Source: a virus
Lineage: Duplodnaviria; Caudoviricetes
Direction: 5' to 3' (one strand)
IMG/VR virus record: IMGVR_UViG_3300042923_000252
Span: 1-55,621 of that record
DNA: 55,621 nucleotides
Positions 46,784 to 55,168 of the stretch are shown here, in pieces. Numbering within the stretch: position 1 is the stretch's first letter; every line of letters begins with the position of its first letter. The notes beneath the pieces were generated by a model. It was not told the DNA's origin, did no database searches, and saw only the letters and a list, made by a program, of their open reading frames with translations. The position numbers were made by a program, and so were the translations under genes.

Positions 46784-46903
46784 AGAGGGGCCGTTCCTCA
46801 GGGAGCGGCCCCTTACTCATGACCACTTAGCCGCGCGAGTCGCTTACGAGGATCACCGCTCAGTGGTTTCCGTCCTCGTGCGGATTCCATTCGAGGGGGA
46901 ACC

Positions 46904-47173
46904 TTGCTTGATCTCCTAAACCTAGGCGGGGCCCTAGCCGGCGTTTCCGGCGCTGCTGCCCTTGTAGTCGCAAGCATCCGAACCAACTCCGCCCGCATCT
47001 GGAAGGAAGAGGCCGAGGCTCAGAAGACTCGGGCTGACCGCCTCTTCGGAGAGCTGGAAGAAATCAAGAACCGGCTTACACATCTGGAGCAGTACAACCG
47101 CAACTTGGTTTCCCTGCTCTCCACCATTGACCCACAGAAGCTCGAAGAGCTTCGAATACAGAGGGGGCTCTAA
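46904..47173 (+). CDS. Membrane protein (holin/lysis accessory candidate)
   Basis: N-terminal TM + coiled coil; coupled to the endolysin. Confidence 0.6.
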   Translation: MLDLLNLGGALAGVSGAAALVVASIRTNSARIWKEEAEAQKTRADRLFGELEEIKNRLTHLEQYNRNLVSLLSTIDPQKLEELRIQRGL

Positions 47174-48243
47174 TGGCTACTCCCATGACTCCGAATCAGA
47201 TTCTTGCTCAACTCAAGAAGTGGGGAGTCTCGTACAAGGAATACCAGGACTGGGAGACCCACAACCGTAACCATAAGGGTCCTTGGGGCCCTATGCATGG
47301 CTTCATGGTCCACCACACGGGTAGTGATGCCAAGGACCAGCGATCCCTTCTCTACAACGGGATCTCGGGTCTTCCTGGCCCGCTCTGTCACTTCGGTCTG
47401 GATCAGAACGGTGTCGTCCACCTGATCGGCTGGGGCCGTGCCAACCATGCCGGCCTTGGGGACGATGACGTCCTGGACGCGGTCATAGACGAGCGTCCTG
47501 CGCCCGTCGACAACGAGGCGAACACCGACTTCAACCGCCACTTCTACGGTGTTGAAATCTGGTACTCGGGTTCCCACAAGATGACGGACGCTCAGTACAA
47601 GGCTCTTATCAAGCTGGCTGCGGCAGTCCACGACTTCCACGGGTGGAGCAAGTACAGCCTCATCGGGCACGGAGAATCGGGCTCCCCGGGAAAGTGGGAC
47701 CCTGGCTACGCCCCCGGCAAGATGATGGACATGGACCCTGTCCGGGATGACCTCGAAGAGGCCCTGAAGGGTAAGACCACCACGACCCCCCAGAAGCCTG
47801 CTGAGCCCAAGCCCGTTGGGTCCGCCTACACGGTCCTGGCCGGCGACACCCTCTCGGGTATCGGCCGGAAGCTGAAGGTCGACTGGCAGGAGCTTGCCAA
47901 GCTCAACGGGCTGGAGGACCCTTACCGGATTGACCCTGGTGACCAGCTCAAGGTCCCCGGGAAGGCGTCGACTCCCAAGCCCCCGGCCAAGGTGGAGTAC
48001 GAGCCGTGGCCTGGCTACGCCTTCTTCAAGCGGTACCCGAAGTCTGACCTGGTCACCCGACTGGGGAAGAGGCTCGTGGCTGAGGGCTGTGGTGTCTACC
48101 AGTCTGGTCCCGGTCCTCAGTTCACCGAGGTTGATCGAAAGAGCTGCCGTAAGTGGCAGCTCAAGTTGGGTTTCCGAGGAGCTGACGCAGACGGATGGCT
48201 TGGGAAGGTTTCCTGGGACGAGCTGAAGGTTCCAAAGAAATGA
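47173..48243 (+). CDS. Endolysin: N-acetylmuramoyl-L-alanine amidase + LysM + PG-binding domain
   Basis: MVHHTG, LPGPLCH, GRANHAG, GHGE...KWDPG; YTVLAGDTLSGI LysM; ADADGWLG. Confidence 0.93.
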   Translation: MATPMTPNQILAQLKKWGVSYKEYQDWETHNRNHKGPWGPMHGFMVHHTGSDAKDQRSLLYNGISGLPGPLCHFGLDQNGVVHLIGWGRANHAGLGDDDVLDAVIDERPAPVDNEANTDFNRHFYGVEIWYSGSHKMTDAQYKALIKLAAAVHDFHGWSKYSLIGHGESGSPGKWDPGYAPGKMMDMDPVRDDLEEALKGKTTTTPQKPAEPKPVGSAYTVLAGDTLSGIGRKLKVDWQELAKLNGLEDPYRIDPGDQLKVPGKASTPKPPAKVEYEPWPGYAFFKRYPKSDLVTRLGKRLVAEGCGVYQSGPGPQFTEVDRKSCRKWQLKLGFRGADADGWLGKVSWDELKVPKK

Positions 48244-48249
48244 TGTGAC

Positions 48250-48620
48250 CGGTGAGGGTCGGGCGGCCTCGCGCCCCCGCCCTCGCGTCCGGGCCTGCCC
48301 GCGCGCCCCCGCGCGCGAGTCACTTACCGCGTTTCAAATATCAGTGGATTTCACTGTGAAGCGGATGCCAAACGAAACCCGCTTTTTCTGGGTCGAGTAA
48401 GTGATTTGCATTAGACCGCTGAGCCGGCTTGCCCTCCCCTCGAATAACTCGAATACATTTAGGTATTCCTCTAAGCCGGCCCGGATTTCCGTCTAGCAAA
48501 TGCGTAAATGAAAGAATGGGGGAGCATTCTTTCATTCATTCAAAGGGGTGCCTACGGTCGCACCCAACCCCTACCGCGGAGCAACGTGCCGGCCTAGGGC
48601 CCTAGCCGGCTGAGCATCCT
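48250..48620. other. Structured intergenic insert between endolysin and holin
   Basis: GC-rich run then nested inverted repeats and a TTCATTCATTC box. Confidence 0.45.
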
Positions 48621-48649
48621 CCGCCCTCTACTCCTGCTGAGGTGAGCCA

Positions 48650-48853
48650 ATGAAGACATGGATACTCCGAAACGTCGTGCGCTTCTCCGCAACCGTTGCC
48701 GCGGTTGCTCCTGTAGCCGTAGCCGTCCTGGATACGCTCCCGTGGAAGGCTGCTGTGAGCCTTTCTGCCGTAGTTCTCGGAGCCGGTGAACTTGCTCAGC
48801 GTGTCGAGAATGCCAAGACTCTCCGCGCGTACTGGACTTCCCCCAACGAGTAA
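48650..48853 (+). CDS. Holin candidate
   Basis: Two hydrophobic segments; RBS GAGGTG. Confidence 0.6.
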   Translation: MKTWILRNVVRFSATVAAVAPVAVAVLDTLPWKAAVSLSAVVLGAGELAQRVENAKTLRAYWTSPNE

Positions 48854-48944
48854 CCCCTAGCCGGCCCCGTAGTGGGCACGGCTCCTTGTGCTGGGATCGG
48901 TGGAGACTGATCCGGGTGAGAGAGAGTGCCTACGGCACAAACAC

Positions 48945-48978
48945 AAAAAGGCCCCCGCCATTTGGCGGGGGCCTTTTC
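48945..48978. terminator. Bidirectional terminator between the late and early blocks
   Basis: AAAAAGGCCCCCGCCA-TT-TGGCGGGGGCCTTTT. Confidence 0.85.
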
Positions 48979-48984
48979 TCGTTT

Positions 48985-49155
48985 CTAACGCCTGTACTCC
49001 CGAAGTATGTCAATGAGTGCCCATGGGATGAGCACAGCAGGACTCCACCTAACGAGCCACCATGCGTCATCCAATTGGATGATCACAGCGAATGACAGGA
49101 TAGCCCACCAAATGGCGACCATGGACAGAACTATGGTCCAGACACTCTCACGCAT
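48985..49155 (-). CDS. Small membrane protein
   Basis: Two TM segments. Confidence 0.55.
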   Translation of the reverse strand: MRESVWTIVLSMVAIWWAILSFAVIIQLDDAWWLVRWSPAVLIPWALIDILREYRR

Positions 49156-49269
49156 TCTTACCCCCCGTTTCGGTCTTCCACTTACCATCCGACCACTTGC
49201 GCACTAACCCGGAGTACCGGCCCTGTACGTAGCGGGAAGGCACACCCCTTTGAGGCATTTCAAGAGGGC

Positions 49270-50586
49270 TCACAGCCACCCTCCCCCCGCTAGAGCTAGC
49301 TCAGGTTCCGGAGCAACGGGCGCCACCACTACCGGCGCCACTACGGCCGGCTCAGGTTCGGGAGTCTCTGCCTCTTGCTCAGCCGGCTGGATACGCCGGT
49401 AAATGTCGGGACGCCTTCCGCGTCCCGAGGCAGTCTGCCCCTTGACAACTTCCACATCATCCATGGATTCGACCGCAGAGCGGAGACTTGCTGCCGTTGC
49501 TCGCATTCCAAGAGCCCTGAGCATGAGGCTAGACGTAGCCTCCCCCTCATACCGGTCCAGAATCTCCCGGACTAGTTCGGGCAGGCTCTTAACGGCTCGC
49601 CCCTGAGACGACGTAACGTCATCCCTCACAAGTTTCTCAACACTTCGCATGCTGTACTGGACGAATGACCATGCCGCATTTACAGCGTCACGGCTGATAG
49701 TCGTACGTCGTTCCGTAGCGGTGAGCACAGCAGCAACCCGAACGATTTGCTCGGGAGTCCGCTCGATATAGCATCGAAGGTATTCCGGCATATCTGCCAA
49801 CTTGGCAAGGAACATGCCGCGGAGTTCATCAAACCTACGGCCGGCATCCTTGCTCAGGGACATACGCCGCGGACTACGCCGGGCCCAATCGTACGCCTCG
49901 GAAAGTTCCGGTACCTCAGGAAGTACTTCCCTGTGGTTGTACGGCAGTACCTTAGAGCCTTCCACCAACACAGGCAAGAGCCGGTTGAAACTCCCGCCCT
50001 TTGCGTCCCGCGGCTTGACGTATTCCGACCACTCACCCGGTGTGATGTGGGCATGGAATCCAAGCCTAGGCTCGTCAACCGTCATGCTCACTTTTGTAGT
50101 GGTGTGCCGAATGGTCACTCCGTCCCAGCAGGACCGAAGCTTGGATGCGAAAGTGGGGCACCGGTTCTGTCGTTTCAGGTTTTCCGACCACTCCTCATCC
50201 ACCACGATAAGTCGTGTGTCGGTGCCTGCCTCGGTACCCGTTGTCTCCTCCTGCCGCTCATACAGGAGCTGCGTGAGGGAGGGACCGGAGGACACACCTC
50301 CTTCCGTCCGGGCACTCAGGAAAGAGCCTATGGCAGGCTTTAGAATGCCTTCTGCCACACGCTTAGCCGTGCCCTTACGGCCGATGGCACTGCCCCCAAC
50401 CAACACGGTCCAGACGACTACGGGCCGGCCGTTGTCCATCCGGACATGACCGTTGATTGCAGTCGACCACATAGCCATCATGGCGGCGTAAACGCCTACC
50501 GGGTCCGCCTCAGTGTGAGGTTCGGCAAGTGCTACAGCGTCGCCTAGCGGACCGTACCTCATGCCCTCAAATGCTTCGAGACTCAC
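49270..50586 (-). CDS. DUF3987/YfjI-like P-loop ATPase with C-terminal winged HTH
   Basis: PHTEADP, LVGGSAIGRKGT, SSGPSL, VDEEWS, HITP.E, GGSFNRLL; C-terminal GRGRRP. Confidence 0.8.
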   Translation of the reverse strand: MSLEAFEGMRYGPLGDAVALAEPHTEADPVGVYAAMMAMWSTAINGHVRMDNGRPVVVWTVLVGGSAIGRKGTAKRVAEGILKPAIGSFLSARTEGGVSSGPSLTQLLYERQEETTGTEAGTDTRLIVVDEEWSENLKRQNRCPTFASKLRSCWDGVTIRHTTTKVSMTVDEPRLGFHAHITPGEWSEYVKPRDAKGGSFNRLLPVLVEGSKVLPYNHREVLPEVPELSEAYDWARRSPRRMSLSKDAGRRFDELRGMFLAKLADMPEYLRCYIERTPEQIVRVAAVLTATERRTTISRDAVNAAWSFVQYSMRSVEKLVRDDVTSSQGRAVKSLPELVREILDRYEGEATSSLMLRALGMRATAASLRSAVESMDDVEVVKGQTASGRGRRPDIYRRIQPAEQEAETPEPEPAVVAPVVVAPVAPEPELALAGGGWL

Positions 50587-50752
50587 TTACTCTCCCCCTT
50601 CCTCCGGTACTCAGTGACAGGAATGGTGACGGTCCTTACGTATTCCGGACCAATGTTTGCGGAGAACATGTAAACTCGATACACATTTACCTCTATACGG
50701 TCCCTGTATTCACTCACCTCATACAGGGAAGTACCCCGTTTAATTATCAGCA

Positions 50753-50938
50753 TTACTTACCCTCCCCCGGATCACCCATGATTCCGACGAATTGATTTGC
50801 AAACTTCTTCTCGTGCTCCTGACACAGGAACCACGTCTTCCCGTCAAGCGTGATTTCCATGACTGACTCCCGCGGAGTCTTATCCCTTTTCCAGCACGCA
50901 TCGCATGCATCATCTAGTTCTATGACTACCCTTGCCAT
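50753..50938 (-). CDS. Lsr2 dimerisation-domain-like Zn-binding protein lacking a DNA-binding domain
   Basis: MARVVIELDDACDAC...EITLDGKTWFLCQEHEKKF; RBS AAGGAG. Confidence 0.5.
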   Translation of the reverse strand: MARVVIELDDACDACWKRDKTPRESVMEITLDGKTWFLCQEHEKKFANQFVGIMGDPGEGK

Positions 50939-51016
50939 TGCGTCTCCTTTCTGAGCTTCCATGAACACAAGCAAGCCTCCCCGTTTCCAGGGAGGCTTGC
51001 GTGCGAACACGGGAGT

Positions 51017-51229
51017 TCAGCCGGCTACACGAGCAAGGATGGACTTGACCGCATCCTTGCTGCCTTCTGCAATCCACTCGTGCTTATCTGTCTCCCGGTT
51101 GTAGTGGTAGGCGAACCAATTTCCATATTCGTCTACCTGCACCACATAACCGCGGTAGGACTCGTCATCCTTGGAGGGCCCTCCGAGATACTCGATTCCG
51201 TCATAGCCGCCTAGAATCCATTCAGTCAT
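51017..51229 (-). CDS. Hypothetical protein
   Basis: RBS AGGAG. Confidence 0.6.
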   Translation of the reverse strand: MTEWILGGYDGIEYLGGPSKDDESYRGYVVQVDEYGNWFAYHYNRETDKHEWIAEGSKDAVKSILARVAG

Positions 51230-51252
51230 TTCCTTGCTCCTGTCTTGAGGAC

Positions 51253-51492
51253 TTAGCCGGCTACGCGGTAGATCTTTGCCTTACGAGCGTCCATAAAGGC
51301 TTTCGACACGGCCTTTACGAACAAGTCAGTGATGGTTGGTGGATCGTTGTAGATGAGTGCTGAACTTCCGCAGTCCTGAAACACTCTGCGGATTGCTGCC
51401 ATGCGCTCCGTTGACGTTTCCAGCCATGCCGCCTCAGCGGCACGGTGCGTCAAGTTGTCTATGTCCTCTTGAAACCGCTTAGTGAGGCTCAT
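51253..51492 (-). CDS. Hypothetical protein
   Basis: Coupled ORF. Confidence 0.6.
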   Translation of the reverse strand: MSLTKRFQEDIDNLTHRAAEAAWLETSTERMAAIRRVFQDCGSSALIYNDPPTITDLFVKAVSKAFMDARKAKIYRVAG

Positions 51493-51686
51493 TTACCGGC
51501 CCCCTGGCTCATGTCCACACACCGCGGCACGAGAATGTCAGCGGAGGATTCCTTGACTACCCAATCCAAGCCCGGATACCTAAGGCATACCATCATGTCG
51601 ACTAGTGCCTGAGCTTCCCGTGTCGGTACGTCGTACCTAAATTCCTCGTGAGTGTTCAGGTTGAACAGAATGACGAATGTTCCCAT
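51489..51686 (-). CDS. Hypothetical protein
   Basis: Start after the operator-hairpin-AGGAGG unit. Confidence 0.55.
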   Translation of the reverse strand: MGTFVILFNLNTHEEFRYDVPTREAQALVDMMVCLRYPGLDWVVKESSADILVPRCVDMSQGAGK

Positions 51687-51690
51687 TACC

Positions 51691-51738
51691 TTGCCTCCTA
51701 CCGGCCCCCGTTTCCGGGGGCCGTAGTCTCGTTTCAAC
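51691..51738 (-). promoter_or_regulatory. Operator + GAAA-tetraloop hairpin + RBS unit
   Basis: GTTGAAACGAGAC-TAC-GGCCCCCG-GAAA-CGGGGGCC-GGT-AGGAGG. Confidence 0.75.
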
Positions 51739-51752
51739 TTTGAACGCTGTAC

Positions 51753-52028
51753 TCAGACCCCGTTACGGCAGCCTTGACGAACGTACGAAACCTGAGCCTT
51801 GACGGACCGACGCTTACCGTCATCGGTGTTGTCAGCGATCATGTCCCGGTAGGCAATGCGGCCGGCCTCAGTCTTTCGCATTACCTTGCAGGGGCCGTAG
51901 TTGGCCGTACCGGCAATCACCTTCTGCCGGTAGGTCTGAGGCTTGGCTGTAGCCGTTTCCGCGGTCCCCAGAATGCTCCCCCCGACCATGACGAGAAGGG
52001 TCAGAGTAGATGCGATGAACTTACGCAT
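51753..52028 (-). CDS. Secreted small protein
   Basis: MRKFIASTLTLLVMVGGS...ATA signal peptide. Confidence 0.6.
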   Translation of the reverse strand: MRKFIASTLTLLVMVGGSILGTAETATAKPQTYRQKVIAGTANYGPCKVMRKTEAGRIAYRDMIADNTDDGKRRSVKAQVSYVRQGCRNGV

Positions 52029-52050
52029 GAGTGATGCTCCTGTCTGTTGC

Positions 52051-52245
52051 TCAGAACTCTGTCTCAGTGAAACCGGCGTCAAGGGATGCGCAGAAAATGC
52101 ATTCCGTTGTCTCGCCCAACAGTATGCTGACATTGTCACACCAGCATTCCGCCTCACATGCCGAGCAACCGTGTAGCCGGCCGTATTCGTGCGGATAGGT
52201 GTTGTGCTGCAGGGGGAGGGTTTCGCCCTCGTGTTCGCTAACCAT
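52051..52245 (-). CDS. Cys-rich hypothetical protein
   Basis: CSACEAECWC...CIFC. Confidence 0.55.
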   Translation of the reverse strand: MVSEHEGETLPLQHNTYPHEYGRLHGCSACEAECWCDNVSILLGETTECIFCASLDAGFTETEF

Positions 52246-52453
52246 GCTTGTGCTCCATTCCCAGGTACAGAACCTTTGCCTTTTCCGCGGTCTTAGGAGC
52301 AAGGTTCTTACGCCCCCATTCCCGCGCCTTTTCCGCCGCAGCCTCACTACTCTTGGATGACCAGACAACGTGAGCAAACTCCGTGTCTGCCATGTCGCGA
52401 GTCCCGTACCAACTGATGACTGCCCAATACTTTTGCATGGTCACTTGCTCCAT
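52238..52453 (-). CDS. Hypothetical protein
   Basis: Overlapping operon member. Confidence 0.5.
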   Translation of the reverse strand: MEQVTMQKYWAVISWYGTRDMADTEFAHVVWSSKSSEAAAEKAREWGRKNLAPKTAEKAKVLYLGMEHKHG

Positions 52454-52764
52454 TCCGTCATTGCGTGCCGCTCACCGTGAAACTCACTGCCGCACCCCTG
52501 ACACGTGCTCGTGCTGAATGTGATTCGCTCACAGTCACACTCGTAATCTCCCGGAGCGTCTGAGCCCATAAGGAACCTGAGACACTGCTCGTCGTGCTCG
52601 CTAGAAGGCATGCCGGCCGTAGAATTGCGGTAGTCGACACGGTTAAGAGGCTCCCCGCCCTCATGTCCATCAGAGTTGTGGCAGTCTCCACACTCCCCGT
52701 TAGCGTGGTGCATAATGCAATTCACGCAAACCCAAAGGGTGATGTACTTATCCAGGATTGCCAT
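52441..52764 (-). CDS. Cys-rich phage protein (FS...C.GCGS...GERH family)
   Basis: WVCVNC...ANGE...FSTSTCQGCGSEFHGERH. Confidence 0.7.
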   Translation of the reverse strand: MAILDKYITLWVCVNCIMHHANGECGDCHNSDGHEGGEPLNRVDYRNSTAGMPSSEHDEQCLRFLMGSDAPGDYECDCERITFSTSTCQGCGSEFHGERHAMTEWSK

Positions 52765-52842
52765 TGTCGTATCTTTCTGCTCGTGCCGATATGGTCAATG
52801 CGGCAGACAGACCCGTAAAGGGTCTGTCCACCTCCATTCGCC

Positions 52843-53004
52843 TCACCGACTGAGGTACTTACGGATGGAAGTACGCCACTCCCCCTTTTCGTAAGAGCGC
52901 TGAGCCCTCTTACTCCTCTTAGGCTTAGGCTTGTGCGTACGCCGGCACCGTGGCGAACAACCCGTGCCGGCCATCCCGCACACTCCAAGCATGCGTGCTT
53001 TCAC
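52843..53004 (-). CDS. Basic hypothetical protein (53 aa)
   Basis: Read manually: MKARMLG...RAQRSYEKGEWR. Confidence 0.5.
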   Translation of the reverse strand: MKARMLGVCGMAGTGCSPRCRRTHKPKPKRSKRAQRSYEKGEWRTSIRKYLSR

Positions 53005-53007
53005 TGC

Positions 53008-53418
53008 CTAGCCCTTTCCGTGCCTGTAGTACTCCGCCAATTCGTTCAAGTCGTTGTTCCTGAGGTAGTAACCCCATTCCGCGGAGACGCGGGCGCCGTT
53101 CTGATAACGGCGCCAAGCAAGTTCATACTCCGTAGGGGGCTCTCCGTCATTACGGAAGTACTTCCACTGACTGAGGCTCTTGACCAGAGACACGGGGAGG
53201 TAGGGAAACAGCTCACCTGCGTTTTCCACCACATAAGCGGAGCATGTGGGGGAGGGAAGGGGTACGTCCCGAATAGGCCCCCACTTGCTGTCGTTGGGCA
53301 GTGCCCAGACGTGTCCTCGAATCTTCCGCGGGAATACATCAGTCACGTAGTAATAGGCCGTTCCGGTAAGGATGACCATTCCGGGGCGCACGTCGACTGT
53401 CGTCTCAATGCTTCGCAT
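53008..53418 (-). CDS. Hypothetical protein
   Basis: RBS AGGAGG. Confidence 0.65.
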   Translation of the reverse strand: MRSIETTVDVRPGMVILTGTAYYYVTDVFPRKIRGHVWALPNDSKWGPIRDVPLPSPTCSAYVVENAGELFPYLPVSLVKSLSQWKYFRNDGEPPTEYELAWRRYQNGARVSAEWGYYLRNNDLNELAEYYRHGKG

Positions 53419-53423
53419 TGCTT

Positions 53424-53470
53424 TGCCTCCTGCCGGCCCCCGTTTCCGGGGGCCCTAGTCTCGATTCAAC
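53424..53470 (-). promoter_or_regulatory. Operator + GAAA-tetraloop hairpin + RBS unit
   Basis: GTTGAATCGAGAC-TAG-GGCCCCCG-GAAA-CGGGGGCC-GGC-AGGAGG. Confidence 0.75.
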
Positions 53471-53484
53471 CGTGTGACTATGCG

Positions 53485-53667
53485 TCAGCCGTAGTAATAC
53501 CGGGAGCGGAACACCGAAAGTGCCTCCCGTTCGCTGACAATCCCAAGGGCCCGCATGTGGTGCTGAGCCTTAGCGGCCCAATGTGTGGGCCAGTCGGCTA
53601 CGTCCCTGTAGGCCACGACGTCGTTGACGTCCACACCGACCAACCATGCGATGAAACCTGCGTTCAC
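53485..53667 (-). CDS. Hypothetical protein
   Basis: Coupled ORF. Confidence 0.5.
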   Translation of the reverse strand: MNAGFIAWLVGVDVNDVVAYRDVADWPTHWAAKAQHHMRALGIVSEREALSVFRSRYYYG

Positions 53668-53867
53668 TTGCCTTCCACCCTTTCCATCATGCGCACGTCT
53701 ATTTCCGCCCCGTAAAAGTTCATGAGCACAGCCGCAGCGTGCCTTACGTGGTCGGGAGTGTCCCCGTGAGTAAGGATGCTGTCCATTTGGCGCCGCGCCT
53801 CATACAGGGCATCCATGGTGCAGGTGTTCAGTGCTTGAATGCGCCTCACTTGTTCTCCCCCTTGCAC
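53664..53867 (-). CDS. Hypothetical protein
   Basis: Operon member; start uncertain. Confidence 0.5.
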   Translation of the reverse strand: MQGGEQVRRIQALNTCTMDALYEARRQMDSILTHGDTPDHVRHAAAVLMNFYGAEIDVRMMERVEGK

Positions 53868-53916
53868 TTATGCGGGAACGTCGTCATGGTGCCCTTGCCC
53901 TTAGAACAGACCAGCA

Positions 53917-54195
53917 TTACTTCCCCTTGGCCACAAACTTGTAAGGGCCACTGCCCCCGTTGCGGAGCATGAGCCGGCCGTTCTTACTCCACCGGGTCTC
54001 GTAACCCTCATACAGGGCAGTGAAGACGTCCGCATACTCGGCATACGCCTCAGCGTGGAATGCGTCCCATTCCGCGGTTTCGCTCACCGTGTCCGGGGTG
54101 TGGTGCTCGATGATGTGCCGTGCCGGCATGCTCAGTGCCTGTATCCCACTGAGGTACGTCACGGCCATGATTCCTGCGATGATCCAAGCAAGCAT
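53917..54195 (-). CDS. Membrane-anchored hypothetical protein
   Basis: N-terminal TM; RWSKNGRLM motif. Confidence 0.6.
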   Translation of the reverse strand: MLAWIIAGIMAVTYLSGIQALSMPARHIIEHHTPDTVSETAEWDAFHAEAYAEYADVFTALYEGYETRWSKNGRLMLRNGGSGPYKFVAKGK

Positions 54196-54210
54196 GATGC
54201 TCACCCTTCC

Positions 54211-54284
54211 GTCTCGATTCAACTGTAGGCGGAAACAAGAGGGCGCACAGCACGTTGTCTGTGCACCCGATGATCCTTACCTAC
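54211..54284 (-). ncRNA. Structured RNA element A + operator
   Basis: Three-segment hairpin 54225-54284 then GTTGAATCGAGAC 54211-54223. Confidence 0.55.
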
Positions 54285-54285
54285 G

Positions 54286-54438
54286 TTAGTCTGTCATGTT
54301 GTCAAGCCACTCACGCCAAGGCATCCTGTCAATGGTGAAATGACCCATGGACCCTTCAATGTCCCGAGAATGCAAGGCAATTCCATGGTTGGCTGCCTGG
54401 GTAACGATGAACCACTTGTCTTCCGGCTCTTCCATCAT
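54286..54438 (-). CDS. Hypothetical protein (50 aa)
   Basis: Read manually; RBS AGGAGG. Confidence 0.5.
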   Translation of the reverse strand: MMEEPEDKWFIVTQAANHGIALHSRDIEGSMGHFTIDRMPWREWLDNMTD

Positions 54439-54443
54439 TCCTC

Positions 54444-54695
54444 CTAGCGGACGGTTTCCCTAACCGCGTCTTCGAACGTTCGGGGGTGCAGAAGTTCCCC
54501 GCCCCTACGGACATTGTAGAAAGGAGGGTTGCACCAGTCTTCCCCCCGCGGGTAGGTGAAACCCAGGATGCTCCTGCACCCCTCTTGCTTGAAAAGGAAC
54601 CACCACTCGTTTGGGTGGCTGTACGTCGTTCCTTCAGAGATCTGATAGACGACGTAGGTCACACCGTCGACTGTGAACTGATCACCCTTGTTCAT
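54444..54695 (-). CDS. Hypothetical protein, first gene of the early block
   Basis: ATG directly abuts the operator at 54696-54708. Confidence 0.6.
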   Translation of the reverse strand: MNKGDQFTVDGVTYVVYQISEGTTYSHPNEWWFLFKQEGCRSILGFTYPRGEDWCNPPFYNVRRGGELLHPRTFEDAVRETVR

Positions 54696-54781
54696 GTCTC
54701 GATTCAACTCCCTGTGTAGGCGACAGTAAGGGGGCACCCGGACCCTGCGAGGGGGCCGGCTACCCGATACCGCTTACCTAC
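54696..54781 (-). ncRNA. Structured RNA element B + operator
   Basis: Same architecture as element A, 54716-54781. Confidence 0.55.
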
Positions 54782-55168
54782 TTGGCTAGCCTTGATTGTG
54801 GACTAGGGCCCGCTAGCCGGCCCTACCCTCTCATGTCGGGTGACGTATCACCCGCGGGGAATGTTCTTACGTATGGACGTTTGATCTGTTGGCTTGCCTA
54901 GTGTTCGCCATGCCGGCAACTACACGACATGCGACAGACTGTGTCTGCCAGGTTACCCCATTTTGAAACCCCTAGATCAAAGCTCCCGTAGCTCTCTAGG
55001 GACTATCGCGGTATACGGCGCGTCATTCTTCCTACTGACTAGGTCTTACTGGCCTGTAGATCTTTAGCACGCTCTTTAGTTGACTGTGGAACGGATGCTT
55101 CCTTGGTACTAGGCCCCTTGTCGGGGGCCGTTCCTTCCGGGCACACCACTATGACAACACAGGTGAGG

